From: Candidatus Omnitrophota bacterium | Lineage (GTDB): Bacteria; Omnitrophota; Gorgyraeia; Zapsychrales; Zapsychraceae | Reading direction: 5' to 3' | Length of the DNA: 64,000 bases | Assembly (NCBI GenBank): GCA_050250375.1 | Contig: JBFWOS010000001.1 | Coordinates: forward strand, 27,346-91,345 | Shown here: positions 1 to 8,339 of the stretch, one piece after another | Layout of the letters: each line of letters starts with the position of its first letter | Position numbering within the stretch: the first letter of the stretch is position 1 | Translations under genes and position numbers: made by a program | The notes under the pieces: model-generated | Told to the model about the DNA's origin: nothing | The model's input: only the letters and a program-made list of their open reading frames with translations | Database searches by the model: none

Positions 1-1
1 T

Positions 2-565
2 GTTGGAGACAGCGGTCATGGTGATGTCAACCACCATGGCCTTCTTTTTCCAGAGCGGCACACTGATCTCGTGGTACGTGTACCGGTCGTACGGGAAACT
101 CAGTCCGTCGACAATATTGTTTTTGGCTTTGGCGACGTCCGACAGCAAAAGCCGGCTGTACCCCAGGTCCTGCAGGCGCTGGGCGAAATCCAGGGCCAGG
201 CTTTTGCAGAACTCGCCCAGGTTCTCCAGGACAAACTTCTGGTCGTCTTCATCGAATCCGCGCAACTGCAGGGATTTGAGCAGTTTCTCCACACTTTCCT
301 CTTCGATAAAAAAGATGATCGCGCCGGCGGCCTCGTCTTTGGCCTGGGATTCTTCCGAGGCGTAATAGTTAAGCCCGAACACGTAACAGGGGCCGTTGAA
401 TTTCTCCAGGCCCCCGACCCGCATCCGGCTGTTGTATTCGATAATCTCCCGCTCCGCCACCTGCGGCTGGCCGGATAATTCCAGATTGCATTTATTTTTA
501 AGCGTCTGCTCGATCAGTTTTTTTAGGGCATCGGCAATGGCCGTGTTTTCCGCATTGTCTGCCAT
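2..565 (-). CDS. hypothetical protein; 3' end runs past the window start
   Basis: My own translation of the reverse strand from the ATG at 565-563 gives a stop-free frame of at least 188 aa down to position 2 (MADNAENTAIADALKKLIEQ...PLWKKKAMVVDITMTAVSN). Not in the ORF track because it lacks an in-window stop. No family recognised. Confidence 0.5.
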   Translation of the reverse strand, partial: MADNAENTAIADALKKLIEQTLKNKCNLELSGQPQVAEREIIEYNSRMRVGGLEKFNGPCYVFGLNYYASEESQAKDEAAGAIIFFIEEESVEKLLKSLQLRGFDEDDQKFVLENLGEFCKSLALDFAQRLQDLGYSRLLLSDVAKAKNNIVDGLSFPYDRYTYHEISVPLWKKKAMVVDITMTAVSN

Positions 566-581
566 GAATCAAACTCCTGGG

Positions 582-989
582 TTAAACGTACCGCATCGGT
601 GACAAATTGATTTTCGCTTCCGAGATCAGCGTGATGATATCCCGCCGGCTCACCACCCCCATCAGGATACCGTCGCGCACGATCGGGACACGCCGGATAT
701 GCGTGCGCATAAAAAACTTGCAGACCTCCCGCGCGTCGTCATCCTCATGAAAACAAATGACTTCCCGAGACATATATTCTTCCACTTTGTGGTCTTCGTC
801 AACATTTTTTTCAAGTAATATACGCAATAAATCTTTTTCCGACAAGACCCCTACCACCAACCCGGATGAATTAACCACCGGCATCCCGCTGATTTTATGT
901 CTGGTCAACAAATGGAGCGCTTCAATAATCGGCATATCCGGCCTGGCTGTTACCACCTCTTTCGTCATGATTGATCCGACTGGGAACAT
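582..989 (-). CDS. CBS domain pair protein
   Basis: 135 aa. Two CBS-like repeats (IMTKEVVTARPDMPIIEALHLLTRHKISGMPVV... and ...REVICFHEDDDAREVCKFFMRTHIRRVPIV). Sits between neighbouring minus-strand genes. Confidence 0.75.
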   Translation of the reverse strand: MFPVGSIMTKEVVTARPDMPIIEALHLLTRHKISGMPVVNSSGLVVGVLSEKDLLRILLEKNVDEDHKVEEYMSREVICFHEDDDAREVCKFFMRTHIRRVPIVRDGILMGVVSRRDIITLISEAKINLSPMRYV

Positions 990-1027
990 AGTCCACCTCC
1001 GTGTTTGGCTGACAGTTTATCAAACGT

Positions 1028-1792
1028 TTACGTTTCGATTCGTATCCCGACCGGACAATGGTCCGATCCCGTCACGTCACTCAGGATAAAGGCCTCTTTC
1101 AACTGCGGCCGCAAATTTTCGGTCACGAAGAAATAGTCAATGCGCCAGCCGATGTTCCGTTCCCGGGCCCGCGTTTTGTAATCCCACCAGCTGTAATGGC
1201 CGGGGTCTTGGTTGAAATGCCGGAACGTATCGGTGTAACCGGCGTTGATAAACTTGCTCACCCAGGCCCGTTCTTCCGGAAGAAACCCGGTGGTCTTTTC
1301 GTTTTCCTTGGGGCGGGCCAGGTCGATCTCGGTGTGCGCGGTGTTGACGTCGCCGCAGACCACGACCTTGCGTCCGGCCTTGCGCTGTTTTTCGATGTGT
1401 TTAAAGAACGCGTCGTAAAATTCCATTTTAAACGGTACCCGTTTATTGCCGGACCCGCCGTTGGGATAATAAATATTATAAAGGAGAAACTCCCCGAAAT
1501 CCATGAATAGAGTACGGCCCTCGCTGTCGAACTGCGCCACCCCCAGGCCGGGTTCGTGTTTGACCGGTTTGTTTTTGGTAAAGACCGCCACCCCGCTGTA
1601 ACCTTTCTTTTCGGCCGAGGCCCAATAGGTGTGATACCCGGACGGTTCGAGGATATCTTTGGTTAACTGTCCCGGTTCCGCCTTGGTTTCCTGCAGACAC
1701 AGGATATCGGGTGATTCTTTCTGGAGCCATTCAAAAAATCCCTTTTTGGAAATGGCCCGGATGCCGTTTACGTTCCAGCTGATGATGCGCAT
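1028..1792 (-). CDS. xthA: exodeoxyribonuclease III
   Basis: 254 aa. Start MRIISWNVNGIRA, LCLQETK, and C-terminal SDHCPV are the hallmarks of the ExoIII/APE1 EEP nuclease family. Full length. Confidence 0.9.
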   Translation of the reverse strand: MRIISWNVNGIRAISKKGFFEWLQKESPDILCLQETKAEPGQLTKDILEPSGYHTYWASAEKKGYSGVAVFTKNKPVKHEPGLGVAQFDSEGRTLFMDFGEFLLYNIYYPNGGSGNKRVPFKMEFYDAFFKHIEKQRKAGRKVVVCGDVNTAHTEIDLARPKENEKTTGFLPEERAWVSKFINAGYTDTFRHFNQDPGHYSWWDYKTRARERNIGWRIDYFFVTENLRPQLKEAFILSDVTGSDHCPVGIRIET

Positions 1793-1819
1793 AACATTCC
1801 TCTCGCTAAAAATTAATAT

Positions 1820-1847
1820 TGTAAGGGCCGTTCGCGAACGGCCCCTA
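1820..1847. repeat. REP-like palindrome GTAAGGGCCGTTCGCGAACGGCCCCTAC
   Basis: Perfect 20-bp palindrome GGGCCGTTCGCGAACGGCCC between xthA and amrS. The identical 20-mer recurs at 53170-53197. Belongs to the dispersed GGAACGG/CCGTTCC family listed below. Confidence 0.6.
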
Positions 1848-1887
1848 CTTTTGATCTTTGATCCCGCTCTCCGCTAAACCTTTTGCG

Positions 1888-2967
1888 CTAAGCAAAATCC
1901 CCCAGCCTCACCGGAAGCCTGCGAGCTCCCCACTGGCCGGGTTTTTCATCGAAATGCCCGGGGATTCCCGTCCCGCATTTCGCACATTGATTTTTATTTC
2001 TTAATTGATACGTCCCCAGCACATACCAGTCGCGTTCGATCACGCGGGCCTGGCATCGGGAGCAATACGTGCTGCCCCCGTCCGGATCATGCACATTGCC
2101 GGTGTAGACATATTTTAACCCGTTGGCCAGCGCGATCTGCCGGGAACGGGTCAACGTCGCGGCCGGTGTGTTGGGTTTGTCCAGCATCTTGTAATCCGGA
2201 TGAAAGGCGCTGAAGTGCAGAGGCACATCGTCCCCGAGATTCTTGAAAATCCATTTGGTCATCGCGTCGATCTCTTCAGGGCTGTCGTTTTCATCCGGGA
2301 TTAAAAGGGTCGTGATCTCAAACCAGACCTTGGTCTCGTGTTTGAGATAGACCAGGGTGTCGAGTACCGGCTGCAATGCACTGAGCGTGATCTTTTCATA
2401 GAAACGGTCGGTAAACCCTTTGAGGTCGACATTGGCCGCGTCCATGTGGCTGTAAAATTCTTTTCTGGGTTCCGGGCAGATATACCCGGCGGTGACGGCA
2501 ACGGTTTTTATATCGAGTTTGTGACATTCCTTGGCGATGTCGATCGCGTATTCGGCGAAGATCACCGGATCGTTGTAGGTGAAGGCGACACTGCGGCACT
2601 GCAATTGTTTGGCGGCGCGGGCGATCGTTTCGGGTGAGGCCTGGTCGGTCAGGCGGTCCCATTCCCGGGATTTGCTGATGTCCCAGTTCTGGCAGAACTT
2701 GCAGCCGAGGTTGCAGCCCGCGGTGCCGAACGATAAAACACTGGTGCCGGGATAAAAATGGTTGAGCGGTTTTTTTTCGATCGGGTCCACGCAGAACCCG
2801 CTGCTGCGGCCGTAGGTGGTGAGGATCATTTCCCCGCCGATGTTCTGGCGCACAAAACAAAACCCGCGCTGGCCTTCGGCTAAACAACAATCACGCGGGC
2901 AGAGTTCACACCGGATCCGTCCGTCATCCAACTTCGACCAATACCGTCCCTTGAAATTCTGAAGCAT
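1888..2967 (-). CDS. amrS: AmmeMemoRadiSam-system radical SAM enzyme (AmrS-like)
   Basis: 359 aa. N-terminal RIRCELCPRDCCLAEGQRGFCFVRQN zinc-ribbon-like motif plus the radical SAM CNLGCKFC (CxxxCxxC). Overall similarity is to the AmrS/PflA-like family. Confidence 0.8.
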   Translation of the reverse strand: MLQNFKGRYWSKLDDGRIRCELCPRDCCLAEGQRGFCFVRQNIGGEMILTTYGRSSGFCVDPIEKKPLNHFYPGTSVLSFGTAGCNLGCKFCQNWDISKSREWDRLTDQASPETIARAAKQLQCRSVAFTYNDPVIFAEYAIDIAKECHKLDIKTVAVTAGYICPEPRKEFYSHMDAANVDLKGFTDRFYEKITLSALQPVLDTLVYLKHETKVWFEITTLLIPDENDSPEEIDAMTKWIFKNLGDDVPLHFSAFHPDYKMLDKPNTPAATLTRSRQIALANGLKYVYTGNVHDPDGGSTYCSRCQARVIERDWYVLGTYQLRNKNQCAKCGTGIPGHFDEKPGQWGARRLPVRLGDFA

Positions 2968-3054
2968 GATCCCATTTTACCACGATTCCCCCCCGATTTC
3001 GCTGGGAAATATGCTAAATTCGCAGATAAGGACATTTGCCTCGCCCACTTAAAA

Positions 3055-3169
3055 AAGTGGCCGCCCGGCCACTCTTCTGCCCATGAAATTCCGTCGTCCG
3101 GCGGAATTTGAATTGCGACCGCGCAGTCACAATTGTATCTTTGATCCCTGTCCCCTGATCCCCGATCCC
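3055..3169. repeat. 115-bp palindrome-bearing intergenic repeat, copy 1
   Basis: GTGGCCGCCCGGCCAC ... AATTCCG-tcgtccgg-CGGAATT hairpin ... GATCCCTGTCCCCTGATCCCCGATCCC. Near-identical to the copy at 4083-4197 (single indel). Related to the copy at 4598-4725. Confidence 0.85.
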
Positions 3170-3250
3170 TCTTTCCGGCGAATTAGGTACATTAGGTGTC
3201 CGTCACTTTATTTATTCCCATTTACAGGGCCCTACAATCATTAATCATCA

Positions 3251-4057
3251 TTAATCATCGTTAATCCCGAAACTAGTGCAAAATTTTTCAAGAATCTCTT
3301 CTATAGTCTTAAAATCAGTTATTATCTGCGGATGCAGAAAAACTACCCTGCTTTCTTCCACAGCATGCCGGAATGCTATACATGGCTCACCCACACAATC
3401 GATTTCTTCTTGTAGTTTTTTTACTCTCTCAAAATTCGAATCCCGACGAGACTGCTTATTAAGTTCATTTTGAAGAGATTGCAATTTCTGTTGTTGTTCT
3501 GGCGTAATAGATTCGCGAGGTAAATAAGGCGGTATTCTATGCGCTAATGTATCACGATATTCCTTTAAATAAGCATCATGCCATTCTTTGATATGCCCTA
3601 CACTTAAATAATCACGAAAATTGCTGGGCGCTAGCTCCTTAATTTCAGGATTAAAAAGATTCACATCAAATTTGTTAATCTTGACATTGCCGTTCTCATA
3701 AACTAAGACCCAAGCCAAATTATCTAGAAAACCAAATATATTGACAAAGAAAGAATGCAAATATATTGCAATGTCATGCAATTCATCCTGACTTAAAAAT
3801 GTGCCTCTGGCAAAAGGGAAAATAGAATAAATATTTTCTATACACCGTTCTATAATGGTTAATCTACGACACACTCCGTGCAACATATATTCCTTAGCTT
3901 TCACTTCTTTCAATAAATCAACAACTTGCATCGCCATTGACAACAACCGAGCATACCTCGATTTTAGATAGATCAATTCCTCTTCCATCTTTTGTACATC
4001 TTCTATTTTGAATCTTTGAGCAGGAGTTTTCATTATTTCCCTAAATTTCTTAAACAC
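3251..4057 (-). CDS. hypothetical protein (AT-rich, repeat-flanked cassette)
   Basis: 268-aa intact ORF. By eye its composition is clearly more AT-rich than its neighbours. It is bracketed by the direct repeats at 3055-3169 and 4083-4197. No recognisable domain. Confidence 0.55.
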   Translation of the reverse strand: MFKKFREIMKTPAQRFKIEDVQKMEEELIYLKSRYARLLSMAMQVVDLLKEVKAKEYMLHGVCRRLTIIERCIENIYSIFPFARGTFLSQDELHDIAIYLHSFFVNIFGFLDNLAWVLVYENGNVKINKFDVNLFNPEIKELAPSNFRDYLSVGHIKEWHDAYLKEYRDTLAHRIPPYLPRESITPEQQQKLQSLQNELNKQSRRDSNFERVKKLQEEIDCVGEPCIAFRHAVEESRVVFLHPQIITDFKTIEEILEKFCTSFGINDD

Positions 4058-4082
4058 ACACCGATTTTTCTGTCATTTTAGA

Positions 4083-4197
4083 AAAGTGCCGCCCGGCCAC
4101 TCTTCTGCCCATGAAATTCCGTCGTCCGGCGGAATTTGAATTGCGACCGCGCAGTCACAATTGTATCTTTGATCCCTGTCCCCTGATCCCCGATCCC
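4083..4197. repeat. 115-bp palindrome-bearing intergenic repeat, copy 2
   Basis: Direct repeat of 3055-3169. Confidence 0.85.
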
Positions 4198-4223
4198 TTC
4201 TGCAGGTGTGTGTCTATTTTATA

Positions 4224-4439
4224 TTAACGGGCCACCCATTCAATTTTACGGTGAGACTGGACACAATCACGCAAATAAAGGTTTATTAAATTCTGGTAGG
4301 GCACCCCCATCTCATCGGCCATGGACTTGAAATACTCAATAACATCATCCCCCAGACGGATGGTGACCGGCTTCTTGAGGCGGGCGGCATAAGGATTACG
4401 GCGCCCTTTCATCTTTGAAAAATCATATTGAGATCTCAT
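4224..4439 (-). CDS. brnA: BrnA-family antitoxin (CopG/RHH-like)
   Basis: 71 aa. DFSKMKGRRNPYAARLKKPVTIRLGDDVIEYFKSMADEMGVPYQNLINLYLRD matches the BrnA consensus (NPYA..LKK.VTIRLD.DV..YFK...YQTLIN). Confidence 0.8.
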   Translation of the reverse strand: MRSQYDFSKMKGRRNPYAARLKKPVTIRLGDDVIEYFKSMADEMGVPYQNLINLYLRDCVQSHRKIEWVAR

Positions 4440-4528
4440 ATTCTTCCCTCACTGTAATGTCGCGTTTCGTGTTTGGTGGCTTTCCTTGCCGAAATAATTC
4501 TGATTAAATTAGCCACCTCACCATTCAT
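4436..4528 (-). pseudogene. BrnT toxin remnant (C-terminal ~30 codons only)
   Basis: My own translation gives MNGEVANLIRIISARKATKHETRHYSEGRI*, which matches the BrnT C-terminal consensus (IRIISARKATKxERxxY). Its stop overlaps the brnA start as ATGA. Upstream, the frame is closed by a stop and replaced by repeat copy 3. Confidence 0.55.
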
Positions 4529-4597
4529 TATATTCAACAAATTTTAGAAAACAAGGGGTCAAGACCCTGCATAACCGCATCTCTGCTGTTTTCGGAT

Positions 4598-4725
4598 AAG
4601 TGGCCGGCCACTTTTCTGCCCAATTGGTGCCCCGGGGCACCAATTTGAATTTCGACCGGCCGGTCGAAATGTACGCAACAGATATGCTTGTTCCCTACGA
4701 TCCCTGTCCCCTGATCCCCGATCCC
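4598..4725. repeat. palindrome-bearing intergenic repeat, diverged copy 3
   Basis: Same architecture as copies 1 and 2. It has two perfect palindromes (CAATTGGTGCCCCGGGGCACCAATTG and ATTTCGACCGGCCGGTCGAAAT) and the same GATCCCTGTCCCCTGATCCCCGATCCC tail. Confidence 0.8.
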
Positions 4726-4840
4726 TACATTTACAAACGATTCTACCACGCTTAGCCCGGTTTTCCCGCAGAATTATCGTTGACTTTCCGGGTGTTTCGG
4801 TTAATATGATAATCTTACGTTAATTTCAATCATTATTTCA

Positions 4841-6667
4841 ATGCCTAAAAAACCATTTCAACCGAACCTGAACACCCCGGCTGACCTGCTTTGCAAAGAG
4901 GAACTCAACAAACTCGCGCAAAAAGGGATCTCACAAACGGGCCTGTACGATTCGTTCCGTGATACCGCCAGCGCGGATATCGCCTGGGAATCCGAACAGA
5001 TCGCCAAAAGCACCGGGATTTATCTGGAATTCGACCGCTCCTTCAAGGAGTCCGACAATCACTGGTATTACATGATCCGCATGGCGAATCCGGGCGGGGG
5101 TGTGATCTCGCGCAAACAATGGCAGGTAATCGACGGCCTGTCTGAAAAACACTGCCAGAACCCTTACGGCCTGCCGACCCTTCGTGTCACCAACCGGCAG
5201 ACCATTCAATTTCACTGGATCAAAAAAGAAGGCGTCGTTGACCTGGTCAAATCACTGGCGGAGGCCGGCTTTAACACGTTAAACGGCTGCGGGGACAACA
5301 CACGTAACGTGATGGCCTGTCCGCTCTCGCGCTTCTCGCCGGATTTTAACGCGCTGGACTGGGCGCGGCAGGCGGGATTATATTTTCAATTACCGCTGGA
5401 TCCGTTTATCAAGATCTTCGCGATTGATCCGAATCTTGTGCGCCGTCCGGAACATTCCTTTGCTTACGGGGACAATCTGTTAAACCGCAAATTCAAGATC
5501 GCCTTCACCTGCGTCCATGCCGATCCCGCGACCGGAAAACTGGCCCCGGATAATTGTGTAGAGATGCGCACACACGACATGGGTGTCGCGCCGGTCCTGG
5601 AAAATAATAAAATCGTCGCTTACCAGGTTTATGTCGGCGGCGGGCAGGGCGAACGAAACGGTAAACCGTCGATGGCGGCTTTAAGTGTTCCGCTGGCGAT
5701 CGTTTCCAAAGAACAGCTTTTACCGGTGATGGACGCGGTGGTCCACGTGCACAAACAGTGGGGCGACCGTCAAAGCCGTTTCTGGGCCCGGGTCAAATAT
5801 GTGATCAAAAAACAGGGTGTGGACTGGTACCGCGACCAGGTCTCTTCGCGTCTGGGATTTCCGCTGGAAAAACCGAATCCGGAACTGGACCACGGCGACC
5901 GCCACCTGCACCACGGTTGGCACAAACAGCCGGACACGGGACTGTACTCATTCGGCGCCTATATAGAGAACGGACGCCTGCAGGATGACAGCCAAAACGG
6001 ACGATTAAAAGCCATGGTCCGTCAAACCATGGAAAAGTTTGATGTTGAATTGTCGCTGACCCCGAATCAGGATCTGATCTTCAGCAACATCCCGGAAAAA
6101 CAAAAGTCAGAATTTGAAGATTATTTGAAAAGTTTCGGGTACGGACTACGCAATGGAAAGGCTTATTCTGCGTTACGCCTGCGTTCCGGGGCGTGTGTGG
6201 GACGCGACTCCTGCCGCCTGACGTACACCGATTCAGAAAAATTTGAACCGGAACTGATCGATGAACTGGAAAAACGCGGCTGGGGTGATATGACCGAATC
6301 CATCGGCATTACCGGCTGTGAACGGCAGTGTTTCCGTCCCGCGACCAAGACCATCGGGCTCGTCGGTTCAGGCATGGACCGTTACATGTTTAAGCTGTTC
6401 GGCAATGAAGCCGGCCGGCATCAGGGGGTTCCCCTGATCTCTTCGGATGGTCAAGAGATGCACTTGCGCTCGGTCCCCCGCGAACAGGTCGCGGTCGTGA
6501 TCGAGGCGTTGTTTCAAAATTTCAAAAAGAACGCGCAGACCGGTGAGGATCTCGGTGCGTTTCACCGCAGAATCGGCGCGGACGCCATCATCACCTATCT
6601 CAAAGAAAACCCGCCCACCGCAGAATCCATGACCAAACCGTTTAATACGGATTGTGTGATCGATTAA
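4841..6667 (+). CDS. nitrite/sulfite reductase family hemoprotein (CysI/NirA-like)
   Basis: 608 aa. Two-repeat architecture with cysteine clusters (RSGACVGRDSC and ITGCERQC) typical of the siroheme/4Fe-4S binding site. Confidence 0.7.
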   Translation: MPKKPFQPNLNTPADLLCKEELNKLAQKGISQTGLYDSFRDTASADIAWESEQIAKSTGIYLEFDRSFKESDNHWYYMIRMANPGGGVISRKQWQVIDGLSEKHCQNPYGLPTLRVTNRQTIQFHWIKKEGVVDLVKSLAEAGFNTLNGCGDNTRNVMACPLSRFSPDFNALDWARQAGLYFQLPLDPFIKIFAIDPNLVRRPEHSFAYGDNLLNRKFKIAFTCVHADPATGKLAPDNCVEMRTHDMGVAPVLENNKIVAYQVYVGGGQGERNGKPSMAALSVPLAIVSKEQLLPVMDAVVHVHKQWGDRQSRFWARVKYVIKKQGVDWYRDQVSSRLGFPLEKPNPELDHGDRHLHHGWHKQPDTGLYSFGAYIENGRLQDDSQNGRLKAMVRQTMEKFDVELSLTPNQDLIFSNIPEKQKSEFEDYLKSFGYGLRNGKAYSALRLRSGACVGRDSCRLTYTDSEKFEPELIDELEKRGWGDMTESIGITGCERQCFRPATKTIGLVGSGMDRYMFKLFGNEAGRHQGVPLISSDGQEMHLRSVPREQVAVVIEALFQNFKKNAQTGEDLGAFHRRIGADAIITYLKENPPTAESMTKPFNTDCVID

Positions 6668-6764
6668 TCGGCACAGCCGATGAACGCCTGTCCTCCCCTG
6701 ATTCCTTACTTGCGGAAATTCTGAATATATGATATCTTTTGATTATGATCAGGAGGCCTGAACT

Positions 6765-7010
6765 ATGACCATTACCATGACCAGTAAAAACCAAATCACC
6801 TTGCCCAAAAAAATCGTTGATGCCCTCCGCCTGCACAAAGGTTCGCTTTTTGATATTCATATTAAATCGAACCGTATCGAACTGATCCCCCTTGATGTTT
6901 CTCAAAGAGAATTTTCCGATGAAGAATATGAGAAACTCGAAACGATCTATCAGAAAGAAAAAGGATTGGCTAAAAAAGCCACCAAGAAAAATATCCGCAG
7001 CCTTAAATAA
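6765..7010 (+). CDS. AbrB/MazE/SpoVT-family antitoxin
   Basis: 81 aa. KNQITLPKKIVDAL looped-hinge helix motif. Sits immediately upstream of a small toxin-like ORF. Confidence 0.65.
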   Translation: MTITMTSKNQITLPKKIVDALRLHKGSLFDIHIKSNRIELIPLDVSQREFSDEEYEKLETIYQKEKGLAKKATKKNIRSLK

Positions 7011-7018
7011 AAAACGTT

Positions 7019-7321
7019 ATGCCGCTTCAACTATTCTTTCTACCTGCTTTTGAAAGAAGCTTTAAATCGCTGGATGCCGGACAAAAGAAAATCGTCCGGT
7101 TATTGTTAGAGGCGGTTGAAGCCTATTTTGCATCGGATTGTACTTTAGCGGAAGCACAAAAAATTGCCCCCCGTTTTTTCTACAAACAATTACGAAAACC
7201 GTTTTATGAAGCCGGGATTGAAGGAAAATTACGGATCATCCTCAGACGTGAACAATCACAATGTTTTGCTATTCTGGTAGGTAATCACGATCAGATCAAA
7301 CGGTTTCTGGCGGGCCAATAA
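7019..7321 (+). CDS. putative RelE/ParE-superfamily toxin
   Basis: 100 aa, 9 nt downstream of the antitoxin. N-terminal FLPAFERSFKSLDAGQKKI resembles the ParE/RelE N-terminus. The assignment rests on size and context. Confidence 0.5.
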   Translation: MPLQLFFLPAFERSFKSLDAGQKKIVRLLLEAVEAYFASDCTLAEAQKIAPRFFYKQLRKPFYEAGIEGKLRIILRREQSQCFAILVGNHDQIKRFLAGQ

Positions 7322-7333
7322 TTAACCATTATA

Positions 7334-7365
7334 CTGTAAGGAACGGCTTTAAACCATTCCCTGCC
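7334..7365. repeat. REP-like GGAACGG palindrome (imperfect); likely bidirectional terminator
   Basis: CTGTAAGGAACGGCTTTAAACCATTCCCTGCC sits between convergent gene ends. Confidence 0.45.
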
Positions 7366-7371
7366 GCCGGA

Positions 7372-7923
7372 CTATTCCTTCCACTTGTAACCTTTTTTCT
7401 CCAGCTTGGAGCGGATTTCTTTGACGTGTTTTTTGATCCACCAGTCCTCGTATTTGGAGAGGATAAAATTGATGTCGCGGTTCCATTCGGTGAGCGCGTA
7501 ATAATACAGCCTGATCCGTTCCGGGGACGTGGCCCGCGATTTCATAAACGAGGTGAGTTTGAAGATGACCGACCGTTCCCCGCGGTAGGGGATGGCGACA
7601 TTAACGAGGATATTGGTCCGTTCCTTAAAATCCATGTCCGTGATCTGGTAACCCAGCGCGTGCAGCCAGCTCTCGTTTTCGTCGTGCGTCTCGTTCTCAA
7701 AGACGAACTCGGGGAATTCTTTCACATCGGTGATCAGTTCGAGGTCTTCGCCCGGAGCGATCCGGCGTTTGTCTTCGCCGGGGATATGGACGCAGTACTG
7801 GGACTCCATCTCCCTGTTGCCGGTGAAGATCTCCTTCATCTTGGTCGTGCCGCTGATCCAGCCCTTGTATCCGTCGCGGACGTGTCTGACAGGCATTTTG
7901 TTTTCGAATTCCATTAAAAACAC
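7372..7923 (-). CDS. hypothetical protein
   Basis: 183-aa intact ORF. No recognisable domain. Confidence 0.5.
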   Translation of the reverse strand: MFLMEFENKMPVRHVRDGYKGWISGTTKMKEIFTGNREMESQYCVHIPGEDKRRIAPGEDLELITDVKEFPEFVFENETHDENESWLHALGYQITDMDFKERTNILVNVAIPYRGERSVIFKLTSFMKSRATSPERIRLYYYALTEWNRDINFILSKYEDWWIKKHVKEIRSKLEKKGYKWKE

Positions 7924-8339
7924 CTCTAAATGAAAATAAACTACAAATGATATCAGTAATTCGTAAAAACTAAGAAGTCGGAAAAATTTAGGTCCACTGG
8001 TTCAATAAAATGAACCCAGCTCCCCGCATCAAGATGCGGGGTATCTGACAACGGCTTTAGCTCGCTCGTATGAAACAATAACCTCGCCCTCGAGGACAAT
8101 CGGTTCATTCTGCGAAGCATACCCATCCTGCTACGCTCGAATGTTTTCACGTTCGAGCTTCGCAGAGATGATTCTGCCCGACGTCCAACCCCGATGCAAG
8201 CACCGGGGTATGCGAAGCAGAATCAATTGTTTACTGACCTCCATCCTCTTTCTTCTAAAATCTTTATTCTTCCCTCTTCCTTCTTATTTCTTACACTATA
8301 CAATCTTTCTAACGTTCTGACCACTCATCCCCATTCTGA

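Noticed and set aside
71-478. 135-aa plus-strand ORF (and 3-365 +, 100-294 -)
   Set aside because: Lies antisense or out of frame to a continuous minus-strand frame (2-565) that I translated without stops and that has a proper ATG. These are typical GC-rich shadow ORFs.
1058-1510. Plus-strand 150-aa ORF inside xthA
   Set aside because: Antisense to a full-length, motif-complete xthA. Shadow ORF.
2396-2890. Arg-rich 164-aa ORF inside amrS (and 2301-2501, 2338-2637)
   Set aside because: Alternative frames of the radical SAM gene. Arg/Pro-rich composition is typical of out-of-frame GC-rich translation.
4534-4749. 71-aa minus ORF
   Set aside because: Lies entirely across repeat copy 3 (palindromic element) and the brnT truncation point. 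No RBS context. Most likely spurious.
7953-8150. 65-aa minus ORF
   Set aside because: Sits inside the inverted-repeat-rich structured element. More plausibly non-coding.
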